Source of the DNA: Octopus vulgaris
Taxonomy: Eukaryota
Direction of reading: 5' to 3'
Assembly (NCBI GenBank): GCA_951406725.2
Contig: OX597817.1
Location: forward strand, 69,006,001-69,070,000
DNA length: 64,000 bases
Shown here: positions 25,654-40,263 of the stretch, one piece after another
Layout: the number at the start of each line of letters is the position of its first letter
How positions within the stretch are numbered: the stretch's first letter is position 1
Program-made: the position numbers and the translations under genes
Notes under the pieces: generated by a model
Databases searched by the model: none
What the model was told of the DNA's origin: nothing
The model's input: only the letters and a program-made list of their open reading frames with translations

Positions 25654-26058
25654 CTCTTTTATTCTTTTACTTGTTTCAGTCATTTGACTGTGGCCATGCT
25701 GGAGCATAGCCACTAGTCGATCGATCAAATTGACCCTGGGACTTACTCTTTGTAACCTTAGTACTTGTTTTATCAATCTCTTTTGCTGAACTGCTAAGTT
25801 ATGGGAATGTAAACACACCAATATCAGTTGTCAAGCGAAGGTGGGGGGACAAAGACAAAAACACAAATACACACACACACACACATATATACATATACGA
25901 CAGGCTTCTTTCAGTTTCCATCTCGCAAATTCACTCACAAGGCTTTGGTCAGTCTGAGGCTATAGTAGAAGACACTTGCTCAAGGTGCCACACAGTGGGA
26001 GTGAATCCGGAACCATCTGGTTGGGAAGCAAGCTTCTTATCATACAGTCACTCCTGTA
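25654..26058 (-). mobile_element. tRNA-derived SINE (family A)
   Basis: Matches the family. A second partial head follows at about 26140-26280. Confidence 0.85.
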
Positions 26059-26094
26059 CCTATATATATATATATATATACACACATTCACACA

Positions 26095-26144
<50 letters not shown>

Positions 26145-28026
26145 GTTTACATCTATCAAATCCACTCACAAAGCTTTGGTCAGTCCAAGGCTATAGTAGA
26201 ATGCACTTGCCCAAAATTTCATGCAGTGGGACTGAACTTGGAACTATGTGGTTGGAAAGCAAGCTTCTTACACGGCCACACTTAATGTAAATACATCACT
26301 GAAAGGCAAATTTACTGTAATATTCCTCCAGAGACAACATCTCTTACAAAAATGTTGTGTTTATAAACACAGTATATAATAGGAGTGAGACTAAGATCAT
26401 CCCAGCAGTGGCTAGTAAGAATGCCAGAAGCATTTTAGTCTTATTATGCCTAGACACAGGCATGCCTGAGTAGTTGAAAAAGTTTACTTTACAATCATGA
26501 AGTTTGAAGTTCAATCCTACTACATGGCAGTTTGGGTGTTTTGGATTTTACAATAGCCTTAGGTTAATACAATACCATGTGAGTAAAACTGGTTAAAGGT
26601 AACTATAAATCGAAATCTGTACCTGTAATTCCGTGGAGTCATCCTGCATCATGCCAATTTTGCTCAATGTTTTTTTTTTAAATATACAAGTATTGTTGGA
26701 ACAACCAGGTACTTCTTAAGCTCTTGTTCAATGAGTTAATGATTCAGTTGATCAAACGACAAGAATATTTATCACCAAGTCCAATGGAAATCCATTTACA
26801 AATTTATTCACACATGCACGCATACATACACACACAATTGATAGAAACACGGAGATGTGGAGAAATAATTATATGCCACATTTGGCTCTTTTCTCTTCTC
26901 TTTTTTAGGTATGAGAGAGAAAGAGAGGCGGATATACTGACGGGTGGCCAGTAAGACAGAGGCAAAAGTAGAGAAAGACAGAGAGAGACTAACAAGGGCA
27001 GCAAAAGAATGAAAGAAAATATAAATTCACATTTTGTTTTAAGCTAACTGGAATATTTATGTCTATTTCTTCCAGCAGGATAATTTTCTGATTAAGCTAT
27101 TGTTTTTATAAATCAATAGTTGGGTCAATTCTTTTCTCTCTCGCTTTCTCTTTCCCCAATCTCACTCTTGTTACTCCTCCTATCCTCTCTCTCTCTCTCT
27201 CTCCAAGCTTTCTTTTGTTCTTTCTTCTACCCCTTCCACTCTCTCTCTCCAACATCTCTCCCCTCTCTCTTTATCACATTCTCTCAGAATAAGCAATTGT
27301 ATACTGTGAAAGGGTCACAACAAGGCAGGAATACTCAAAGTTCCTTTTTTCTCCATGAAATGGAGGAGGTTCAGGCTGTGAGCTATGTTCTTGAGCAAGA
27401 CACTTAATTTCATGTTGCTCCAGTTCACTCAGCTGTTGAAATTAGTTGTGCATCACTGGTACCTTTGCCTTTCCCTCGGATAACATCAATGGTGAGGAAA
27501 GGAGAGGCTGGTATGCATCAGCAACTGCTGTTCTTCCATAAATAACCTTGCCTGGACTTGTGATTTGGAGGGTAACTTTCTAGGTGCAATCCCATGGTCA
27601 TTTACAACTGACTTAACCCTTTACCCATAAACTAGTGGTGAGCAATCAGTTCTCATTTGATGTGCCACAAAAACAACCGAAACAAAAAAAAAAACAGAAC
27701 ATTTCCTCCAATGCTCCCTCCCCTCTCAAAGAATCTTTGTCTTGCAAGTTACTTGGTGACCCTGTCAGTGCTGGTGCTACTTCAAAAGTATCCAGTCTAC
27801 ACTGTAAAGTGGTTGGCATTTGAAAGGGCATCCAGCTCTAAAAACCATGGCAAACTCACCTTGTCTGTACTTGTATTATGTAAAAAGAACTCAGTCCACT
27901 CTGCTGGGTGGTTGGTGTGAGGAAGGGTATCCAGCTGTAAAAACACAGAAGTCTGGTGCAGGCTCCTGCCTGTTCGGTTCCTGTCAAACCATCTAAACCA
28001 TGCAAGTATGGAAGGCAGACATTTAT

Positions 28027-28071
<45 letters not shown>

Positions 28072-31049
28072 CGACGACGACGATGATGATGGTGATGATA
28101 ATTGTTGGTATGGATGGACTAATGTGCTAAATAGCACAGAATAGCCAAATGGTCTTCCTATCAATGACTGCTGAAGTTTGGAGTAAAAGCTGAACAGGAA
28201 TATTTTTTTATTTTTTTGTAAATGATGTAAGCTTGAGTGAGCAAAGTAACACAACCTGCCTATGCGTAGATCATACCAGTTTTCATAGGAGTTGAGCTTA
28301 TGACTCTGTGGTCTATAGTCCAAGAGAAATAACTGCATTGCAAAATGACATTAAAATATACATCATCATCATTGTTATCATTATCAACATCATCATCATC
28401 ATTCTCATTATCAACATTATCATCATTGCTTTAGTCATCATCATCATTATCATCATTTAACATCTGGTTTTTTTTTTCCCCCCATGTTGGAATGGGTTGG
28501 ACAGTTCAACAGAGGCTGTTGAACCAGAGGACTACCCCAAGCACAAATGGCAGCTTTGGCATGGTTTTTTTATGGCCAGCAGCCCTTCTTAATGCCAACC
28601 ACTTTGCAGAACATACTGCGTGCATTTTACTAGACTGACACTAGTGAAGTTATCAAGAAACTGGCAAGGCAAGACAAGATATCTGAATTGAACATGGAAA
28701 TGAAAAACAAAAACAAATTTCTAAATTTACTGCAACATTTAAATGTAGGATTGGATTATTGCAGTAATTTAAATCACAAATGTTAACTTGATACTTACGA
28801 AAAAAAACATGGTTGACTTTTAAAAGCAATATATTTGTAATTTCAGATTTTGGGACAAGAAATATGAAGTCTGCTTTTTTTAATATATACCTTAAATGAT
28901 GATGATGATGATGACGACTTGTATCATTTTAATGTACATTTGCACATTTCTGCTTAAGGAAGTTTTTTTTTTTTATATCCAGCTTACTAGTTATATTTTA
29001 TGGGTTTATCTTTCTTCAGAATAGTCAGATTTATTACAGAATTTTACCATATATTATTGTCAGATTTGCTGCAGCAGTGGATAAAATGGCAAGTAATATT
29101 TAGTTGCATCTCTTCATGTTATGATTTCAAATCCCACTGCGGTCTCCTTTATCATTTATCCTTCTGAGATCAAGAAAAAGAACACCTTCGAGCTCCGAGG
29201 TTCTAATAATTGAGTATTTTACTTTCCTGTTCAAGTACTTAAGTTTGGAGCCAAATTTGGCTATCCTCTTCCTCCTACTTTAACATCCATTTTCCATGCT
29301 GGCATGGGATGGACAGTTTGATCAGAGCTAGCAAGCTAGAGAGCTGCACCAAGTTCCAGTTTAATTCAGCTTGGTTTCTATGGGTCAATGCCCTTCTTAA
29401 TGCCAAATACTTTACAGTGTGCACCGGTTGCTTTTAACATAGCACCTGCACGAGCACTTTTACATGGTGCCAGCATGACTACCTTTTATATGTCATCGGC
29501 ACAGAACCTTTGCAGGCCAATCCGTTTCATCAGGAGATGCAGCCTTGACACTTCTGCTATGGAGAACTGAGAATTGTTAGGGAAAATAAAACTATTTCTT
29601 TTATTCAATAATTATTATTTCAACACTCAGTCAACTTATATCAAATGAATGTGTTATAACACTATTCCACATATACACAAACAGCCATACCAACAATTCA
29701 ACATACTTCCATCATCAGCTGCCCCACGGATATCATTATGGTTTCAACACCTGGGCAGTACCACTCAATCCGATGGTGTCAACAACACTAAAAGAAGTAC
29801 TGTATGGAAACAAACATACCAAAAAATAAAACACATAACTTTCAAACACATTTAACCTATGTACAACAATATTCAATCAAATATAGACAGGATTAATCAC
29901 TAAAATAAAACTACAAGAAACACATAAATCTATGTACTGTATTGGTATTAATAATAAACCTACAACAACTAAATTATATACTAAATAGCGACCAATCTTT
30001 AAGTCCATACAAATAATAATCCCACCAGTCTTGCATAGTTACTACTATAATAACAGAAATTGGAAGCTTTATTTCAATTCTCTCCAAAACAAAAACACGA
30101 TTGAATTTAATGAATAATATAATAATTATGAGTGAAATACAATATTTCATAATTCAAAAGTTAATAATAAAAACACTAGAGACTCTTAATATATATATTA
30201 CAAGCAATAATGTAAATTTACCAGTAACAAATAAAAACAATAAATTTATAAATAGGAACAAATAAAAGTATATTTGTTATAATTCATTTGTTGGTTTCAG
30301 CCTTGCTGGGACATAATCTTCAAATGTTTTTAGTTAATTCATACGTTAACATGAGGAGGTTATGAACAAACCTGATGTTACAGTTAAGCAAACAGGGCAA
30401 ATGGTTAGGGTTTTGAAATTTTGGGGTGCCACTCAAATTCTGACCAACTTTTAGAAAATTTCTCAACCCACCTAAAAACTCAAAACAGAAAAAACAGCAG
30501 GAATGGTCAATCTCATACTAGAAGAGGATGGCAAACAGGATTGGAGTATGGAAGGGAAGAAGAAAAAGTTTTGTGGTCTGATTACTTGTCAAACAATTTG
30601 ATATGAAGCATTTATAATTTTGTCAGAAAACAGATTTAATTAGTAATATGCATGATAATGACACTACAGATTTGTTGTGCACAAGCTAATTATGTTAATT
30701 TCCATTACATTTTTCAGCTGATGTAAAGAATGTGATTGCTAGAATAATTGTTAAATTGCATAATGTAGGACTGAGAAAAGAGGGAAGCACATTGTAGCAC
30801 CATGAGAGGATATGCACATTGTAGGGCAAAGAGAAGAGGGCATGCTGGAGGCCAAACATTCAGTGCCTTAGGCTAGCCCTAAGGCACTAAATACTTGGCC
30901 ACTAGCATTGGGTATAGCCCTTTTTCACCTATAAAATCACTAGAGTTGCTTACAAGCACTTCAGAAATTAACATTTTGAGCTCCTGTTCCCAGAATAAAT
31001 GGAAGTGGAAAATGGTCAGAGTCATGCGACTAGGGAGGCGTCTCCTCAA

Positions 31050-31087
<38 letters not shown>

Positions 31088-31094
<7 letters not shown>

Positions 31095-31447
31095 TCCACC
31101 TTAGCAAAGGCGGAGGTATTTTCAATTGTGTTTGTTTGCCCAAGGACAAAATATATCAAGAACCGCTGGATGGATTCGGATGAAACGTTCAGGGATGTTT
31201 GGCCTCATGATTGGCATGAACTGATTAGATTTTAAGATTGATCCAGTACCAGACAAGGATTCTGGATTATTTTTTCCGTTTTTTTACTTAATTTCTGAGT
31301 GTGGTCAGGTTCATTTTTAGTATTCCCATTTATGAGAGCAGTTGAGTTTATTTCAGATATTCCCATTCTAAAAAACTATCTCTGGCTAATCATTGAGAGG
31401 ATGTTGGTGTTGCCTTGGTGGAGGTTTGTGCTCACTGAATGCTCTTG
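31088..31447 (+). mobile_element. Helentron-associated (HINE/DINE-like) non-autonomous element within (TTA)n
   Basis: 5' CCTCCACCTTAGCAAAGGCGGAGG hairpin, 3' subterminal inverted copy CCTTGGTGGAGG, then a short stem-loop GTGCTCACTGAATGC. T-rich insertion site. Confidence 0.65.
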
Positions 31448-31453
31448 TTGTTG

Positions 31454-31560
<107 letters not shown>

Positions 31561-31730
31561 TAGTCTCATTTTTATCATGTGCTTTCACTACACTACTGAG
31601 TGCAACTCTGTGTGCCTTGGGTGTGTGCTGTGGTTTGTTGTAATGCTCTTATTTTTACTGTATTGAAAGTGTTTTATGTAGGATGTGTGCGGTGCCTAGT
31701 AGTGCTATGTTTTTGTATTATCATTATTGA

Positions 31731-31945
31731 GACGGCGAGCTGGCAGAATTGTTAACACATTGAGTGAAATGCTTAATGGCATTTCATCCATTTTTACATT
31801 CAGATTTCAAATTCTGCTGAATTCAACTTTGCCTTTCATCCTTATGGTCAATAAAATAAGTACCAGTTGAACACTGGAGGTCAATGTAATCGACTTACTC
31901 CCTCCCTCAAAACTGCTGGCCTTGTGCCAAAATTTGAAACCATTA
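31731..31945 (+). mobile_element. Deu/Nin-type SINE
   Basis: Family match, flanked by CATTATT. Confidence 0.75.
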
Positions 31946-32896
31946 TTATCACCATCATCAATAATATTAATATGCTAACTTTTGTTTTTTTTATGTACAT
32001 GTGTCTCACACTTACTTCAAAGGAAGAGGTAAAAAGGTTGAAGGGAGAGGTACAAAGAAAAAGAGAAATAAAAGGTGCTAAGCAGAGGAGGTATAATTGA
32101 AGTGAGTGGCAAAGTGAGAGAGGGGAGGGACAGAGATGAAGTAAAAGAGAAAGAGAGAGAGTGAGAGAGACATTGATTGGTGACTGAAAGGAAAGTGTTG
32201 TTCATTTTTTTTGTTTTTAAATGTTTATCAGTATTTTCAGAGAAGACTGATACATACATTGAAAGAAAAGTAGATACATAGATCAAAAGAAAAGTGGATA
32301 CATAGATACATAGACATATTGCTCAATCAAAGACAAATAACTACAGCAAATATTGGATGTCACTTTCACTTTTCATTACCACTTGAGAATAAAATTAACG
32401 TGCAAGTGGCTGAGTACTCCACAGATATGCATACCATTAACGTAGTTCTCAGGGAGATTCAGCTTCACACAGAATGTGAGAAGGCTGGCCCCTTTGAATT
32501 AGAATTACATTTACAACCCATTTTGGCTAGTTGAGTGGCCTGAAGCAAGATAAACCTTCAAGTGGTTGGAAGAAAATGAAAAAAGAACCTATGTAGGACC
32601 AGGAAAATCTTTTTAGCCGTTAGGGTTACTATGGGTGTTAATCCAGTCCTAACTGTGGCATTTGTGGGTCTCACAGATCTGAATGCCAGAAGAATGTGGG
32701 CCTCACAGATCTGGAGATCTATGAGGCCCACAAATGTGAGATCTGTGAGACCCCTAGATAAACACAAATGTGCAGATTGTTATCAAACTGAGTATGAGTC
32801 AAGGGCATGATGGAATAACAATTATTTCATCTTAGCTTTCACTGCTTATACTGAACACATATGGAACATTTCCTTTACTTTCACTCTCTTTAAAAA

Positions 32897-33200
32897 ATGG
32901 CACTCCATCGGTTACAACAATGAGGCTCCTGTTAATCTGATCAACGGAAGATGCTGCTCGTTAAATTAATGCACAAGTGACTAAATACTCCACAGACATG
33001 GATACCATTAATGTAGTTCTCAGGGAGATTCAGCCTCACACAGAATGTGACAAGGCTGGCCCCTTTGAATTACAGCTACAACACATTTTTGCCAGCTGAG
33101 TGGACTGCAGCAAGGTTAAGTTGCGCACCACCGGGAATTGTACTCATGACCTTATGATTGTGGGCCAAATTCCCCTAACCACTGGGTCACACACCTTCAT
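32897..33200 (-). mobile_element. tRNA-type SINE (family C); partial copies at 32392-32545 and about 61990-62124
   Basis: Shared AATTAACGTGCAAGTGGCTGAGTACTCCACAGA...GGCTGGCCCTTTGAATT body, with a tRNA-like head on the minus strand. Confidence 0.7.
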
Positions 33201-33921
33201 TTTCTTAACTGTAGAGAAAAGGAGTGAAGTGATAGAGACAGGGAAAGGAAAGCCTCAGTTATTTAAAATGTCAATTAGACTGAAATACGATTGATCTTTT
33301 CTAGCTTCTTTACTTTTAACAATGAAGAAGAGGGAAAGAGATTTAGTAATGAATAGAGGGGAAAGTCTTTCAGGAGTCTAGATTTTCATTCTGGGAGTTC
33401 TAGAAGAATTGAGTGTTGGTTCTCTCTTCTTTTCCCCAACCCCAGTACTTATTTGCCTTCTTAGGCAGTTCTTCATGTCTTTTAGTTGGGTGGGGGAAAG
33501 ACCAGGTTTCTTTTTCAGGCATGTTTAACATTTTCTCTACAAGCTACAAACAAGCCCCCACCCTACCTTTCAATTTTCTCATACAAAACCTAATGCAAAT
33601 TTCAAATGGGGTATAGCTGTGAAAAGAGCCTAGAAAAATGGGTAATACCTACTACAAAATGGGTTGGGGAGAAAAGTTGCCAACAGGTGGCTACACGAAA
33701 TTCAACTCTATACTTAACAGAGTATTTTCCACTATATCCTCAGGCTGATCAAAGCCTCTGTGAGTGAATTTGGTAGATGTGAATTTAACAGCGTTCTGTG
33801 TTTTATTAAGTGGCTTGCCCATGATGTTGTTCCTACAGTGTATTCAGATCAAGCCATTTGCTTGCAACTCTGAAACCATCACCATCACAATCATCATCGT
33901 CATCATTGTAATCATCATTGC

Positions 33922-33973
<52 letters not shown>

Positions 33974-35140
33974 TCCATTACATAATTTTGTCTTTAGCTA
34001 AATGATTTATTCACAACTTCTTTCATGCTTTCTTTCCTGATATACCCTATTAAAAATGACTGATTTATTTCTGCTATCTCATTTGTTTTTAATCCCCAAA
34101 TCCATTATTAGAAACTAAAACAAAAAAACATCTATTGTTTAAAAACAATTACTATTTTCAGAGAAAAGAATAGTTTTGTTCATGAAGCAAAACTACACCA
34201 CATTTTGGGAATCGATTCTTCAGATATGTTCTCTGATGGCACCCTGCATGTTATGCCCTGCCAGTTGTTGTCATGTAATAACTTTAGTATTTCTAGATGA
34301 GATGTTATCAATTCTGTTCTTATGTGAATTTTCTCTTTGAAAATTATCATATAATTGACTACAAAATATATTCTTTGATAGACAAAACAAATAAAAATAA
34401 TGAGAGTGAGAGAGAGAGAGAATATGGATGGCTTGTACACTGCTAAATTCAGAATATAATACTGAGATGAGTGAGATATGGGTGTGAAGGAATAAAAGAC
34501 AGTAAGGGTTGATAGAGGGTGTGGGAGTACAGTAGTGGGACAAGAAAATGGTTCATAATACAGTGATGCAATATTTAAAGTTCATTAAGGCCCAAAATGT
34601 GCCCCACAAAGTCCAGTCCTCGGTGCAGAGTGGTGGATTCTTGAGTGACTCAATGACCCTGAGAGCTATACAAGTTGAGTGCAAGCACCAGGTACACTTC
34701 TCATGCTGGACAAGTCAAAGGATAGAGGCCAGATTAATGTGAATCACCTCTTCCCAGAGGTAAAAGTGAGTTTGTTATAGGGCAACCACCTCTACCTTGA
34801 AAAAAAAAGGCTAAGTTACAGATGCAGTGATGACAATTCAATCAAATTCTATGCCTTGCAGGTGCTGGTGCCACATGAAATGTGCTTTTGCTGGTGCCAT
34901 GTAGAAGCATTGGTGCCAGGAACACATAGAAACCACCCACCACACTATGTAAAGTGGTTGATGTTCAGAAAGGCTTCATGCCATAGAAACCATGTCAAAA
35001 CACACAGTTGGAGCTTAGACAGCTCTCCACTTGGCAGGCTTCTGTCAAACTGCCTGACCCATGCCTGTGTAACTATGTAATATATAACTCTGCTACACCA
35101 GCATGGAAAACGGATGTCAGATGATGATAATCATAATGAT

Positions 35141-35497
35141 ATTCTTTTATTCTTTTACTTGTTTCAGGCATTTGACTGTGACCATGCTGGAGCACTGCCT
35201 TTAGTCGAAAAAACAGGTCCCGGGATTGATTCTTTGTAAGCCTAGTACTTATTCTATTGGTCACCTTTGCCAAACTGCTAAGTTACGGGAACATAAGCAC
35301 ACCAACATCATTTATCAAGCAATGGTGGGGGGGACATGCTAACATAAATAGGCTATTTTAAATTTCTGTCTACCAAAACCATTCACAAGGCTTTGGTCAG
35401 CCTGAGGCTATAGAAGAAGACACTTGCCCAAAGTGCCATGCAGTGGGACTAAACCTGGAACCATGTGGTTGGGAAGCAAGCTTCTTACTGCACAGAC
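35141..35497 (-). mobile_element. tRNA-derived SINE (family A)
   Basis: Family match. Confidence 0.8.
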
Positions 35498-37259
35498 AAT
35501 ATATAAGGTGTAATTTAAGAGAGATTTAGTTGCTCTTTCTAGCAATCCAGACAACCACATACTGGTCCCTTCAATGGCTTGTGCATGGTTATGTTATATA
35601 GTAAGGTATTGTATGACACAGATGACATTACAATATTGTTTGTATGTTTTATATGCTATAATGGCTTAGCAAGCAGAGCGGTAATGCATGGATATTTTAA
35701 ATTTGGCAGGTATATTGTATAATATAATATACATTTAGTTGATGCTATAATGGGCAAATGTGTGATATAAAATATTACAGCCTATTATCTAGTAATATAT
35801 TACCAGGTATGTCGATGTGCTATTATTCACATGCACATATGCTCTATCAACTAAGATGAAGAGTGTTATATTGTATGCGTAATGTTGCATATGACTGTAT
35901 GATTTATAAAATTAGACTATGTAATATATTACTGAGTACACTACAGAAAAAGTATGCTTACACATTATTACATATTATCTTGAATTATGCATTGAATGAT
36001 AGCATATCATATAGTATCTGTATTGCACAAGTGTATCGGAATGGAAAATGGTAAAATGGTGGTTATGTGACAAAATTGCTACTTTGGCCAATTACAAAAA
36101 TTGACAAAAAATCAGCAAAGCTGAATGAGTGGGAGGGAAGTAGAGAAGTAGAAAAATACTCAGCGGTACCTGTTTGGTTGCATGAGAAAAACGAAAAAGA
36201 GAAAAACAGATAGTAAGGAAATTTTTTTATCAAGTAGCAGGAGAACAGACACAAATACTAACACACACACATGTGCGCGCGCACACACACACACTTGTGC
36301 GTGCATACACACAACTTTTATTTTTTAGTTGTTTAAGTCATTAGTCTATGACCATGCTGGAGCACTGCCTTTAGTCAAATGAATATATTACCAGTACTTA
36401 TTTTCTCTTCTTAAAGCCTGGTACTTATTCTATCAGTTTCTTTTGCTGAACAGGGATGTAAACACACCAACACTGACTGTCAAGCAGTAGTGAGGGACAA
36501 ACACACATGCACACACAGGGCTTCTTTCAGTTTCCATCTCCCAAATCCATTCACAATGCTTTATTAAGCCCAGAGCTATAGTAGAAAACACTTGCCCAAG
36601 GTACTACACAGTGGTTCTGAACCCAAAACTATGTGGTTGGGTAGCAAACTTCTTACCACACAGCCATGCCTTTGCCTGTCCAGAAGAAACAACTCTACAG
36701 CTGAAATAATTAAGATTATTTAACAACAGAATACAGGGAAGAGCAAATTGTTAGCTGTATGATGACAACGGAGGACAAGTTTGTATCTTCAAAGACCTCC
36801 TCAGTCTTATAAGTACTGCCACAATTAAGATGGAAATGAGATATATATCATCATACTCATCATCATCATCATTTAACGTCTGTTGTCCATGGGCATGGGT
36901 TGGATGGTTTAACCGGAGCTGGCAAGCTGGAAGGCTGTATCAAATTCCAGTCTGATTTGGCATGGTTTACTACAGCTGGATGCTCTTCCTAATGCCAACC
37001 ACTCCAAGAGTGTAATGGGTGCTTTTACATGCCACCAGCATGGGTGCCATTCACATTACACCAGTATCTGCCATGACTGTGATTTTACTTGGTTTGATGG
37101 ACCTTCCTCTCAAGCACAGCATAATGCCAAAGGTCTTGGTCACATTTGTCATTGCCTCTGTGAGGCCCAACACTTGAAAGATGCTTTTTATATGCCACCA
37201 GCATTGGTCACCTTGCCTCTGTGGGGCCCAATGCTCAAAAGGTGCTTTTTAAGGGTAAA

Positions 37260-37578
37260 GGGCCCCCTTCGATCATGAGATTTTCCCAAGAAAATTCCAC
37301 TCCAATGCACAAGTCCAGGCAAGAGTTTATGAAAGACCAGCAGTCACCCATGCATACCAGCCTCCCCTCTCCACACCATTGATGTTATCCAAGGGAAAGG
37401 CAAAGGCTGATACAGCTTTGCACCAATGATGTCACAGCTCAATTTTATGGCTGAGTGAACTGGAGCAACATGAAATAAAGGGTCTTGCTCAAGAACACAA
37501 CACACAACCTGGTCTGGGAATTGAACTCGCTACCTCGTGATTGCGAGTCCAATGCTCTAACCACTGAGCCAGGTACCT
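37260..37578 (-). mobile_element. tRNA-type SINE (family D); further copies at 27370-27620 (+) and 47715-48050 (-)
   Basis: Shared GCATACCAGCCTCCCCTCTCCACACC...GATGTTATCCAAGGGAAA body and TCTTGCTCAAGAACACAA. B-box-like head. Confidence 0.75.
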
Positions 37579-38349
37579 GGACACTAAGTAATATGGCAAC
37601 CTGAAACAATTACTAGGAAGTGGTGGGCCTAAATACAATATGATAAACTAAAAAAATTTAATGAATTCCAATTACATCCATAGTGAGGAGAGAAAAAGAA
37701 ACTCAATTAACTAGATAATTAATTCCAATCACCAAAGGAGGGGAGGTAACTCTTCATATTAGCACAGCACTGTGTTCCAAAGGTATTGAATTCTATTAAT
37801 TTCATTTTCTCCCCATAAACATTAGACATTAATGGAACATTGATTTGTTTGTAATTTACTAATTGAACATTTTAATTTATAACCAGTTTGTTACTTTATG
37901 GTGATCAGTTCAAAGCTATGCCATAGATAATAATATTAAGTCTGTTGAATTGTACAAGAGCAATAGAAATTAAAATTTTCCAGACTATTAATCACATCAG
38001 TTATTTCTTTATGTTTTATGGTATATTTTGATGATATGAATTGAAACAAGGTATAAAATTTAAAACCACAAAAGATGGCGTGACAAGTCCAAAAATATTG
38101 AAATCATTACCACAATCACTCACTTCAGACCAGAAATTTAAAGCATAGCTCTTTGGCTAAAAAGTTTGTCTGTGAGTTCAGCCCCATTGCATAGCACATT
38201 GGGCAATTTTTTTCTACTCTATCCCCAAGACTGACCAGTGTCATGCAAATGAATTTGATAGACAAAATCTGTATGAAGTCCATGATATCATCTTCATTAC
38301 CACCGTTTTAATATCTACATTTCATACTCAGATGAAGTTGATTTGTTAA

Positions 38350-38941
38350 CCCTTTAGCATTCAGATTACTCTAACTCTCTTTACTCTTTTACCTGTTTCA
38401 GTCATTTGACTGTGGCCATGCTGGAGCACAGCCTTTAGTCGTGCAAGTCAATCCCAGGACTTATTCTTTGTAAGCCTTGTACTTATTCTATCAGTCTCTT
38501 TTGCCGAACCATTAAGTTACGGGTACATAAACACACCAGCATTGATTGTGAAGCGATGTTGCAGGGGGGACAAACACAGACACAAAAACATATACACACA
38601 CACACATATATATATACATATATACGACAGGCTTCTTCCAGTTTCCGTCTACCAAATCTACTCACAAGGCTTTGCCCAAGGTACCACGCAGTGGGACTGA
38701 ACCCGGAACCATGTGGTTTGTAAGCAAGCTACTTACCACACAGTCACTCCTATGCCTCCTATTAATTCACATTGGTTTGAATTAATCATGCATTATCTTG
38801 TAGCTTTGAGATTTCCATGATATGATTGAATATCTTTAGAACAACATTTTAGGGTAGGTGTGAGCAGTAGGATCTGGCCTGTTTGAGCATAACACAAATA
38901 CAATATTTTGGCCATATATGGCTAGTTTAAATGTTAAAGGG
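38350..38941. mobile_element. TTAA MITE split by a family A SINE (about 38374-38757, minus)
   Basis: TTAA|CCCTTTAGCATTCAGATTACTCT...AAATGTTAAAGGG|TTAA with the SINE nested inside. Confidence 0.85.
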
Positions 38942-39280
38942 TTAAGGCAGATTTTCAATGTTGCCAACCCCCTTTTCCTTTTGCCAGCCCTCACTTGTTT
39001 CTTAGCAAGATAATATTTCCCCATAACTGGACATATTTTCATGACTGGCTGGAAATGAATGACACCACTTTTATCATAGTGACATTCATTTACCACAATC
39101 ATATCAAGCTGAAGAAACACAGCCACACACACACACAACAGTCTTTCAGTTTTTGTCTACCAAATCCATTCATAGCCTTTTGGTCATTCCAAAGCCTGCA
39201 GCAGAAGACATTTGTCCAAAGTATTATGCAGTGGAACCACATGCTTGAGAAGCAAACTTCTTAACCATACAGTGTATGCA

Positions 39281-39329
<49 letters not shown>

Positions 39330-39652
39330 ACGTATTAGTATGTAACTATGTAAGTATTAGGATTCAATATATTTTTAAGATTTTTAATTTTAAAAGAGTG
39401 TTTTAAATTTCCTTGTTAAGTTTGCTTGTAATGTTTTACATTCCATGTGACTTGTGGTAGTAATTTCTCAGTGTACCACAAAGTTGCAAAGATTTAGAAC
39501 CAGAGAACTAATGTGCTAAACATTTATATTAGTGTTTAATAGAGTTTTAACTATATAGTATATCATTATAGAATGTTACTATTACATACTCCAAACAAGC
39601 TCTAAGTTTACTTATAGAACTGATACTCAAGATTCTTATGTGGCAAGTAGAC

Positions 39653-39702
39653 AGCTGTCACTGAAGAGACACAGTACATCGAAATCATATGATCTGGCAG
39701 TT
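39653..39702 (+). ncRNA. type I hammerhead ribozyme, near-canonical
   Basis: AGCUGUCA-CUGAAGA-GAC ACAGUAC AUC-GAAA-UCAUAUGA-UC/UGGCAGUU. Complete catalytic core, 8-bp stem I with two G-U pairs, palindromic stem III, AUC triplet. Confidence 0.8.
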
Positions 39703-40263
39703 CTGGCACCCAGAGAAGACAATTTTCATTCACCGATGATATAAATATGTATGCTTTTATGCACCATGCATCCATATGAGAGATCCTCTTAAGGCAAATA
39801 CAGCAGTATTCAGTGTTCTAACAAAACATCCACTTGAGTTGGATATAAAGATTGCCTTTTGGTATTTATAATGCTTCTGCTGCTAATAAGTATTTCCTAA
39901 CTAAAAGTCATATGCAGCTACAATATGTGCTAAGAATTAAAGCTGCATTATAGAAAAGGTTACTATGTTGTTGAAGCTGTTGTATTTTTCCTCCGGACAG
40001 AGCAAATCTCTGATCAAAAGTGTTCCACCAATATCCTACCATTTTTTTTCCTGAACATTGTACAGCTATGACTACATTTGGCATTAGGTAAACTTAATTA
40101 TGGCTGGGAATAAAGGTTGAAGCTACCTAACTGTGATTTGGACAAAATTTCACGATCCAATGGAAAATATAAAACTTAGTAATAAAAAGAGCAGAGTGAT
40201 TCACTCTTTCAACAATGCCATAGCAATGATGGAAGATTGAATCATTATCAATAATATACTATA

